Shown piece by piece: positions 37,301 through 49,000 of a stretch of DNA of 61,160 nt. Numbering within the stretch: the first letter of the stretch is position 1; each line of letters starts with the position of its first letter. Below the pieces are notes generated by a model. The model ran no database searches and was not told the DNA's origin. It saw only the letters and a list, made by a program, of their open reading frames with translations. The position numbers were made by a program, and so were the translations under genes. This stretch comes from Octopus bimaculoides. Its lineage: Eukaryota. The stretch is from NCBI RefSeq assembly GCF_001194135.2, contig NC_068981.1, positions 74,628,141 through 74,689,300 of the forward strand, written 5' to 3'.

Positions 37301-40300
37301 TGGGAACATGTTTGTCCATGAGGTAATATTAGCTTGCCTGGAACAAGTGGGGATTGGTGACAGGAAAGACATCTGGCTGTAGAAAATCTGTCTAAAATAA
37401 AATTTGAGAACCATGGAAAAGTGGGCATTGAATAATGACGATGGTGATGATTATATGTATGTATATATATATGTATGTATGTATTTACACACACATTTAT
37501 GTATTTATGTATAATGTTTAATTTTAGGTCGTTGTATCTGCAAGCATAACACTGCTGGCCGTAACTGTGAACAATGTTTGGAAGGTTTCTATGGTGATGC
37601 CAAAGGTGGAACTCCAAATGACTGTAGACCCTGTCCTTGTCCTAATAATGGCACCTGTATACAGCTTGACAATAAAGATGTTCATTGTACAAACTGTCCA
37701 CAAGGTTATGGAGGTAAGTAACTCGTTTTTAAAATCTAACTATTTTGTTGAATGGTTGGATTCATGTGACTTTCATAATTTCAGGGAATTGTTTTGTTAC
37801 ATATCCTTTCCCAAATAAATTAATGTGTATTTCAGAACCACTTTTGGCATGGTTGACATTAGGAAGGGCATCCAACCATAGAAACCATACCAAAGATTGT
37901 AACCTGGTGCAGCTCCCGTCCAACCCATGCCAGCATGGAACATGGACGTTAAATGATGATAATGATGATGATGTTGTTACTGAACCTTTTCAAAAGAGCA
38001 GTATTGTTTTACTGTACAGCTCCCCGGTTCTCTGTTCTTCAATTATAAATCAATAGCAAGTGTTAAAAAATGAGTAACTTTGAGACTTTGAAGAAATAAT
38101 CGTTTTAGTTTCACTGCTTCTGTGTTAGGTTCTTGTTATTGCTTTGTCAAATGGCAACAACTGTTGAAGCAATTCCCTCTTTTGATACAATTTGTTACAA
38201 CATGTCTTGAATGAAACAACAAACTGAAAGTCTTGAAATATTCATTGAATCAGCTGAATGTCAATCTCTGTAATTGTATTGCTAACATCTTAAATTTCCA
38301 ACTGTGAATTCTGTGCTTTGCTTTTTTCTTATAATCTCTTAATTTCAAATTCAAACTTCTAATCTTGCCTAACATTTTGAAGAAATTATCTCCCTTGTAA
38401 TAACTGTCCACTGAGGGAAACTTTTTTTTTTATTGTATTCCATTAACTCTGTGACTCATAAGAAACTGCAATTTGATGACTGGACAATATACCTGCTATC
38501 TATATATACTTACTTTCCTTCTTACTCGTTATGAAATCTCAAGTGCTGTAGGACTTATAGTGACAATTTATTAGTTCCACTTTCATGGAACCATCTCTTT
38601 TTGAATGAGATGTTGATCTATCACAGTTAACATTGCTAGTTGATCTATGATAAACTCACCAACAACTATTTGTTTACAAGGTGAACAGAGATCCTGTACA
38701 AATATATGAAGTAATGCACAACATGTACTGAATGGCCCACTACCGATTTATGGACCATAGTGAATGTTAAGTCATACTCTATTGAATAATATAGTTAAAA
38801 GTAAATTTATATTTAGAAACATTTTCTTCATGAACTGTGTAGACCAGTAGTTTTCAGTCAGGGTCCATATGGTCCCTAAGGGTTCATATCAGATTTTTGG
38901 GGTCCACATAACAAAATAGTAAAGTGGGGATGCATAATAGTATTTTAAGGGCCCCTGAAAAATTTTGCTCTAGATGTATGTATTGGTATATATTGCAAGA
39001 AATAGCTGCGTTTTCTCTAACATTTTGCACAGTTCAACCTACATAAGAATGTGTGAAAAGCAAAATAGGAATTTTGAAAGAAGTTTCTATAAGACTACTT
39101 TTTAAGCATCAAATGGCTATGGGTGCATCCATCAGAATAAAATAGTAATCAAAGGGATCCCTAGATAATAAATGGTTGAATTGAAAAAAAAAAATGTTCT
39201 CCTCATTCTAAGCTAACTGAATGTGTGTTAAGAGGATTCTGACTACTGTCTCAACAGGTTAAGCAAGCTTGAGCAGAAAATCTCTAGCTGTCTTCAGAAA
39301 AAAAAAAAAGTCTTTGGGCATGGCTGTGTGGTAAGAAGCTTGCTTCCTAACCACATGGTGTTCTGGGTTCAGTCCCACTGCATGACACCTTGGGCAAGTG
39401 TTTACTACTATAGCCTCAGGCAAACCGAAGCCTTGTGAGTGGATTTGGTAGCCGGAAACTGAAAAAAAGCCCATCATATATCTTTATCTATATATCTGTC
39501 TGTCTGTCTGTCTCTCTCTCTCTTTTGCTGAGACCCCCTTCGGTCATGACTGACCATGGGATTGCACCTAGAAAGTTACCCTCCCAGGCACAGGTCCAGG
39601 CAAAGTTGTTTATGGAAGACCAGCAGTTGCCTGTGCATACCAGCCTCCCTTGTCCACGCCACCAGTGTTATCCAAGGGAAAGGCAAATATATATATATAT
39701 ATATTTGTGTGTGTGTCTTTGTGTCTGTGTTCGTCCCCCCCATCATTACTTGACAATTGATGTTGGTGTTCTTATGTCGCTGTAACTTATTGGTTCAGCA
39801 AAAGAAACCGATAGAATAAGTACCGGGTTTACAAAGAATAAGTCCTGTGGTTGATTTCTAAGACTGAAATCCTTTGAGGTGGGGCTCCAGCATGGCCACA
39901 GTCAAATGATTGAAATGTGTAAAAAAATAAAAAGAATAAAAATTCTTAACAATTTTCAAAGCAGTTTGGTGTTATAATGATGTAAACGTTTTAAAGGTGA
40001 TATTTTGAGAATTTACCATTCCTGAAAGAATGGAATAAATTTTTATTTGGAAATCAAGACACTATTATTTCCATGCTATATTCATACAGGTGATCTATGC
40101 CAAGTTTGTTTGGATGGTTACTACGGTGATCCAACCGGACGTTATGGTCCTCGCACCACTTGCAAGCCCTGTCCTTGCAACAGCAACATCGATTTGAATG
40201 CTGTGGGTAACTGTAACAGGTAAGAAGTAGCATATTTTCATTTCAATTCATTTCAGACTTGACAGCTTTTTAGTCCCTGTTCAGTGCTGTACAATATTCA

Positions 40301-41564
40301 TTTTGTTCCTTTTGCCCAGCATGAAATTAAAAAAAAAACAGAAAGAAGTGCAAATTGATGAGGATTACTTTTTGAAAATGTATACTTGATTTATATTTAT
40401 TTATTGCTAAACAGGACCACTGGTGAATGCTTGATATGTCTTCACAATACTGCTGGCTTTTACTGTGAAAGATGTTTACCCAATTATTATGGTGATGCTC
40501 TTGCTTTGCCAAAGGGACAATGTAAAGGTTAGTTACAACATGAATTGATTCTTATTTATACACCCTTCATGCAGGCTACATGTCTTTAAATAATTCTTTC
40601 TACTACAGTCACAAAGCCTGAAATTTTGCAGGAGGGTGCTTAGTTGATTACATTGACCTTGATGTTCAACTGGTACTTACGTTATTGATCCTGAAAGGAT
40701 GAAAGGCAAAACTGACTTTGGCAGAATTTCTATTCAGAATGTGAAGAATCACAAGAAATGCTGCTTAGCATTTTTCTGGTGTTCTAATGATTCTGCTACC
40801 TCACCGCCTTTATAAGTCTTTAAATAATAGAGGCTGATGCATCTTATTTAGAAGAGCATGCATGATTAGAGAAAGAATAGTTAGAATTCTTGAGGGGATG
40901 CTTTAAAACAATACTTCTGAAGAGGACGTGGCCATATAAATGCATTGCAGTAAGATTTATGGAAGTTTTTGATTTGTGAAATGTTTTGATTCAAAACAAT
41001 TAAGGCATTCAGAAAATAGATGTTTTAACAAAGTGGATGTGAAAAGTAACTTAAAGTCTAAGGACAGATTGGCAAGATGAATTAATATAAAAAGCACCAC
41101 AACAAACACACTCAAAAACAGAATTTAAATATTTTCTGTTTTCTTTTTATAAATCCTTTGAAATTTCTTTTTTCTTTTAGTCACTTTGTATATCTCTTGT
41201 TTTCTCTCTAATTTCAGCCTGTAATTGTAATCCCAAAGGAATCCTTCACACTGGAATGTATTCTTGTGATCCAAGAAATGGACAGTGTCCATNNNNNNNN
41301 NNNNNNNNNNNNNNNNNNNNNNNNNNNNNNNNNNNNNNNNNNNNNNNNNNNNNNNNNNNNNNNNNNNNNNNNNNNNNNNNNNNNNNNNNNNNNNNNNNNN
41401 NNNNNNNNNNNNNNNNNNNNNNNNNNNNNNNNNNNNNNNNNNNNNNNNNNNNNNNNNNNNNNNNNNNNNNNNNNNNNNNNNNNNNNNNNNNNNNNNNNNN
41501 NNNNNNNNNNNNNNNNNNNNNNNNNNNNNNNNNNNNNNNNNNNNNNNNNNNNNNNNNNNNNNNN

Positions 41565-41604
<40 letters not shown>

Positions 41605-44337
41605 ACTTGGGGATGGTCATATATATCTATATATATATATAGTTGGATAAAATTTGGGTGTGTACAAAGCTATCTATGGTTTGTCTACATATATTGGTTA
41701 CTGAATGTTGCCATGCAGCAGGAATACTCCTTCACTGGATATACATCTAGAATTCTATAGTATCAATAGAGTTTATACAAAGAGATAAACAAGAGAAAAT
41801 ACATTGATTGATATTCTTTATTCATATCACTACAACTGTTTCTATACATAGTCAAAGCCATAGTACATTTGTGATATGATATAATTAACATATTATGTAA
41901 TGATGAGTTTCTTCAGGTGAGTATTTTGAGTAAATCCTTTGTTAAATTAGACTGTGTTTCACTCCACGCAAGAATGAACACCTAAAGCAACATGCTATTT
42001 TCAGCAATTTGTAGTCAAAACTAAACTCATAGATGAAATGATAGACGAAACACAAATGTAATAAAAATACAATAAACTGACTACCTTTCTTTTGGCAGTC
42101 ATTTTATTGTGGTTGGTGACACGTAAAAGCACCCACTACACTCTCTGAGTGGTTGGCGTTAGGCAGGGCATCCAGCTGTAGAAACTCTGCCAAATTAGAC
42201 TGGAGCCTGGTGTTGCCATCCGGTTTCACCAGTCCTCAGTCAAATCGTCCAACCCATGCTAGCATGGAAAGCGGACGTTAAACGATGATGATGATGATGA
42301 TGATGATGATGAAGAAGATAAAAGTGTTGGTCTGTTCGCTATTTCTTCAGTCTGTCGACTATAGATCTATTGGAACAAGACCTCTTCAAACCAATGAGAA
42401 TAAATAAGCATTATATTTCATGTGAATGTTAAAAGGTTAAAGAGGTATTCATCTCTTTATTTCATATGAACTCTTAAGACTATCTTTTGGTTTAATGATA
42501 ATTTTCTTATCTGCAGGTTGTGAATCTTGCCGTTGCAACCCAATTGGTTCGCTGGAAAGCAACTGTGACCCAGGCACAGGCCAGTGTAAATGTAAAAATA
42601 ACATTGTTGGCAAGCGATGTGATAAATGCTTACCTTATCACTATGGATTTTCAGTTGATGGCTGTAAACGTGAGTAACCCTATGATTAAGTAATCCTCGT
42701 GAAACTCAAATATTTAATTGACTTTACTTGCTACATAGTAGCTATTGTTCTGTGCTGTGTGTTTGTCAGTGTGATTTCCACAGATTACTCGCCCTCTCTC
42801 TCTGTCTCTCCTCTCTCTCTGTCTCTCCTCTCTCTCTGTCTCTCCTCTCTCTCTGTCTCTCCTCTCTTTCTCTCGTCTCTCCTCTCTCTCGTCTCTCCTC
42901 TCTCTCTGTCTCTCCTCTCTCTCTGTCTCTCTCTCCCACTCTAGGTGTGTAGTCATGTATGTCTGTGTAAATATTTACATCCTGCATTTCACTTAGGCTT
43001 ACCATCATTTCAGAATTAATAAAATACTGCAGCAGTGTGGGTGGGAGCAGGAGAATGAGCCAGGCTGGAAGGTGGGGTTAGGGAAGAAACTGTGGGCCAA
43101 GAAGTCATGTAGGTTGTGGGTTTGTTTGAAGGAGGGGAAGGGTAGGTTGGAGAAGATGTGTGAAGTGGAGGGGTTGGACTGGTGTCACTGGAAGCCTCGG
43201 AGAATGGTGCATTGGAGAGGTAGAGTGGAGGAGTGGTAGTTGAGGGGAAACGAGATGGGTAACGGCGGGGTGGGTGCAGGGAGAACAGAGGTTACGGAAT
43301 GTGCTCTGGCAAGGGCAGTGTGGATAGTGGTGAGGAGACATCCACGAAGGATGAAGTGTCAAGCCATGAGTTAGGACTGAGTTTCAAAGTCATGGTTGTC
43401 ACTGCAGAGCTTACACAGACGCAGGAATTGGGAGTAGGGGATGGGGAGTTTTGTGTGGGTAGGGTGGGAGAAGGAGAAGTTGAGGTATGAGTGTGAGTCG
43501 GTGTGTTTGTAGTGAATGGAGGTAGTGAGAGTGGAGTTGTGTATGTTGACCAAAATGTCAAGAAAGGCGATGGAAGTGTTGGAAATGGTGTGGGAGAATT
43601 TGTGGGTAGGATGGAAGGATTGGACAAAAGAGATGAAGGAGTCTAGTTGTTTGCGGGAGAGCGAGGTCGCACCGATACAGACATCAATATAATGACCATA
43701 TAGTTCAGGAGTGGGACCAGTGAATCTTGAAAATATTTGGGCCTCAGTGTAGCCAACGAACAGGTTTGCATAGTTGGGGCCCATTCTTGTTCCCATGGCC
43801 ACTCCATTACGGGTTACTGGAAATGTTCTTGGCTTCGGGTAAAAGATAGTACAGGAGGTCCAGTTAATCATGATTTTATTCAACATATTCTCCTCTCAGA
43901 TTCGCACACTTATTGCAGTGTTCCTTCAGTTTTTCTAAGCCATGTAAAAGAACTCAGATATTCTTAAAGCCAGGAACTTTTCAGTACTCTCTCGTATATT
44001 GGCATTAGGAATGACATCCAGCTATAGAAACTATGCCAAATTAGACTGGAACTTGATGCGGCTATCCAGCTTACCAGTTCCTGTCAAACCATTTCCAAAC
44101 TCTTGCAAGCATGGAAAGCAGTTGCCAAATGGGGTGGGAGAAAGCAGCGATACAATGAGCAGGGCAGTGAGGGCAGAGAAGGGGATTGGAAGACAATCAT
44201 AGTTATATATATATGTATATATATTTGTTTATATTATGTCAAATTATATATTAATAGAAACAAAGACCTGGGTATAAAAATGGGGTGGTGAAGGCAGTGA
44301 TACACTGAGCAGAGCAGTCACAGAGATTGTAAGACAG

Positions 44338-44391
<54 letters not shown>

Positions 44392-46001
44392 ATGTCTCTT
44401 AAAAGATAGAGCTCAAAATCGATGCATTGAAGATACTTTATTGCAGCAACAATTATAATAGCAGAAACAACCACAATAAGCCAAACCTATGCACATTTCA
44501 ATAGGGTATCCAGGATAAATAAACCACATCATAAGATGTCTCATAAAATATTGTAACATATTACAACATATTACAAATTATAAATTGCTGGATACTCCAT
44601 CTCTTCAGGGTCGCATTATTGCCATCACTAATACTAGTATTATTAGCAAAACACACACATCATCAAAGAGGGTGAAAGAATAATCAACGGTATGCAACCT
44701 ACCATCGTTATTTTCTTTCCGAATGTCATATATATTAATGCTTGTTTTTATGTCAAGTTATATATTAATAATAAAAAAAACGCCAGTGTAACGTTAAACT
44801 CAAGAATTACTCAATACATTTTAGCTGGACACATGTTTATTAAACTTTGACAAGAAGCAGGGCAATGGGGACTTCAAATTTTCTTTCTACTAGCCTTTAT
44901 CAGATTATGTTTGTGTGCATATATGTATGTATGCACACACACACACACACACGCACACATATATGTCAAGCATTTTTGTTATGTACCTGAATATGTATTT
45001 TACCAATTTTATGAATTGCAGGTTGTCAGTGTGATCCACTTGGTTCCTATGACCAGCAATGTGATGACAAAGGGGCCTGCAAATGTCGTCCCACAACTAC
45101 AGGTGACAGATGTGACCGGTGTCGAGAAAACAAATATAACATCACTGCTGGTTGTATAGGTGAGTAGATCTAAAGACCTACAGTCTTTTTTTCTCTTCTT
45201 TTATCCCATTTTTGTCATTTGTATCATGTCACTGACTTTTTCGATAATCATGTTCTGCTTGGTCATGTGACATTTTTTCTCTTAACAGTTGGTCATCTTT
45301 AATTTGTTCTCTTATCAATGTATATGTAATTTTATTATATTTTTTTTTTATCTAACCAACTAGTCATATAGTTGAACTTACTTTCTAATACATATGTATC
45401 TATCTATCTATCTATCTGTCTGCCTCTCTTCCTACCTACATATGTACCTACCTACCTACCTACCTACCTACCTACCGACCTACCTACATACATATATACA
45501 TAATGACCGTCCACTCGTGACCAAGGAAGACCATTACTGACCTTCAGGAACATTGTGTGCTCTAGGACTAACTTACTAAAAATAAGATAAATATATACTA
45601 AAAATAAGATAAATATATATAGGGGGAAAAAACCCCAAAAAGAAACCGCACATATAGAGGTCGGCAATGCCTGTGCTGAGTTTTAGGTCCAATAAGGCTT
45701 GCGCAACACCTCATAGACCCTCTCCACTTTATTGACATTATCCAGAGACAAGCCGGAGCAAGAAGTTTGGTGCCAATATGAGTTGCAGGCTCAGAGATGT
45801 GGGAGCACCGTGATCTCTAGCACAAACCAAAGATCCCCAAAATGTCCAATGCCATTCCCTGCATATCTGGTTTTATATCAGAGTGACCTTCACCTAGAGA
45901 CATGCTTCAACAAACGCTGAGGGGTGCCTCACTCCCAGTGGTCTTTCAGCACGCCGGACACCATCCCGGAATTTCTGCACACCCGTGCTACATACATACA
46001 T

Positions 46002-46033
<32 letters not shown>

Positions 46034-49000
46034 TTATATTATATACCTGTGTGGCTGTGTGGTAAGAAGTTTGCTTTCTAACCCTATGGTCACAGGTTCA
46101 GTTGACCAAAGCCTTATGAGTGGATTTAATTGATAAAAACTAAGAGATTCCCATCATATATATGTGTGTGTGTGTGTGTCTTTTTGCCTTGACTCCATGT
46201 GATAGTTCTAAATGAATGTTCTTTCATTTCTAATCTTCCATGGAAACATATTTGATAATCAGGAATATTAGCTTACATGGAAACAGGGCATGGTTGGCAA
46301 CAGGAAGGGCATCTGTTTGTGGAACATCTGCATCAATAAATTCTGTCTAACCCATGCATGCATAGAAATGTGAATGTTAAACCATGATAACACTGTTTAA
46401 CATGTTTTTTGTCCTTGGGTAGCAACTGTTATTTCCTGTTTGCATACCCCTAGAAAGTATGAAAAATGGTTATTATTTTCTTCCTACTTTGCTTTGTTTA
46501 CATTATGCTCCTCCCGCTATTCTTGTTCATGGTCAAAGATGCACATATTGTGAGCCACTAAAGGACATGTTCAAGTGGTTAAAGGTCAAGCGAATCTGTG
46601 GTATTGAGCAGAATATTTGCTATAACGATATTTCTGCTTCAGCAGTTCAGCTCTGAATCTATCTGAAATGTAATGGAAAATAGGTCAGTTTCAAAACATT
46701 GATGTCCAGGTCAGAAAAGCAAAGTTTGAAGAGAACAGTAGTCACTTCCTTTGATTTCTAGATGGAAGCAACTTGGAAATAACATTGACCAAAGAAAAAA
46801 GAATAAATAAAATAAAATTTTGATGCATAGTGTATTGTATATAGATGCAGTTAGGCTAAGTAGTTAAAAGGTTTCTTTTTTGTAACTACAAGGCCCTAGT
46901 TTAATTAACTGATGAACTTGGGTAAATGCCATTTTATATAGCTTTGAGTTTGACCTGTTCTGTGTGATTGAAATTGGGTTGATGGAAAACTATATAGAAG
47001 CCTATTGGATGGACTGTCCCTGTAATTCAAATGAAACCTTCATTATATACATTGTGTTTATGTGTTAGGCTACATGTCTCTGTGGAATACTCGGCTACTT
47101 ACACATTAATTGATGTGCAAGTAATTCAGTTATCAGACGACTGAATCCATGTTGTTGAATGATGAAGAACTATTCCTCTAGCCATCCATTAATATAAAAG
47201 TTCTGAATTAAAATCTTCCACCAAACCTTAGTCACAATGTATGTTCCTGACACTAGCTTAATGATAGCTAAGGTATTTTACTAAATTCTTTGTTATATTT
47301 AAAATTAATTGAAAGAAACACAGCGCCTCAACAGAAATATGGTAACAAAAAGGCTAAGTGATGATGATGTGTGTATATATATATATAAGAATTTAAGGAA
47401 TGGAGAAAACGCATGTTATAATTGCATACTTTATTCCTACATATGTTTCAAAGGATTACAACCTGTGTGATCCATAGGGATCTTTGATATTAAGATTGTA
47501 ACCTTCTCATCAGGGAAAGCATGGGAATCATCTTAAACGTAAGACATTATGACCGATTATGAAAACAATAGATCTATTGTTTTCATAATCGGTCATAATG
47601 TCTTATGTTTAAGATGATTCTCATGCTTTCCCTGATGAGAAGGTTACAATCTTAATATCAAAGATCCCTATGGATCACACAGGTTGTAATCCTTTGAAAC
47701 ATATGTAGGNNNNNNNNNNNNNNNNNNNNNNNNNNNNNNNNNNNNNNNNNNNNNNNNNNNNNNNNNNNNNNNNNNNNNNNNNNNNNNNNNNNNNNNNNNN
47801 NNNNNNNNNNNNNNNNNNNNNNNNNNNNNNNNNNNNNNNNNNNNNNNNNNNNNNNNNNNNNNNNNNNNNNNNNNNNNNNNNNNNNNNNNNNNNNNNNNNN
47901 NNNNNNNNNNNNNNNNNNNNNNNNNNNNNNNNNNNNNNNNNNNNNNNNNNNNNNNNNNNNNNNNNNNNNNNNNNNNNNNNATATATATATATATATATAT
48001 AAAATCTGTTAGTTGTTCATAAGTCAGAGAAAAATGGACATTGAATATGCAAAATAGAGAGATCAAATTTTTATATCATTGAGCAGTATATTACTAGTAA
48101 TGGCACATAACTGGTCAGTTTCACACCAACTGTTGCACTTGACAATATTGACTACTCTTGTCATTATTGCCAAGTGCAATAGTGAAACCCAAATTAACAT
48201 TTTGACCAGCTGTATATCATAACTAGTAGTATACTGCCCAATGGTGTGTGTGTGTAAAATTAGCTAGGGAGGTGGAGCAGTCAGTATCCTTTGCAGGCTC
48301 ACCTAGACTAGTGAGGTTATTGCAGCTGGTTCTCAACTTGAATAATTACAGATTAATGTCGGTGCACAAAAAATGTGAGCTGGGAGAGAACCAGAAGTGT
48401 GGAGTGAATGCTCCCAATCCAGTTATGTCTCTAACTGATAACATGATTTATTTTATGTATGTCTTGCAAATTGTTTGGTAGTTAGGGTCATTGTGGAATG
48501 TGTGAAATGATTTTAATTTCCAACTTCAGTCATTCTACTCCATTTGTATCCTTAATACTGTGAAAAAATACATCACAATCTCACAGTTTCATTTTACCTC
48601 CATAAATCTGAGGACACATTTGATAAATTCAAGAAACCATTATATTTACTAGATTGAAATCCTAAAGCCAAGGAACCATGTAGAAAGAATTGGTGTGGGT
48701 GCTGCATAAAAAGCACTGGTGATAGTGCCATTTAAAAAGCATCCGGTACACTCTGTGAAGTGGTTGGCATTAGGAAGGGCATCCAGCTGTAGAAACCATG
48801 CCAGAACAGACTATGGAGCCTGGTGCAGCCCCTGGCCTTGCCAGTTCCTGTCAAGCTGTCCAACCTACACCAGCATGGAAAACGGATGTTAAATGTATAT
48901 GATGATAAAAAATCAGTCTTTTCATTAATTTGTTTTCGTAAAATGATTGCCTGTAAGATATTGGAACCCCTTCACTATTTGTTCCTTTTCTTGTATACTG

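Noticed and set aside
47436-47709. Palindrome as a pure assembly artefact
   Set aside because: Not fully excluded because it abuts a gap, but the arms differ by substitutions and two older, more diverged palindromes share the design.
48130-48182. miR-92 family gene
   Set aside because: Match limited to 11 nt, on the wrong arm, and embedded in a larger TIR-like fold-back.
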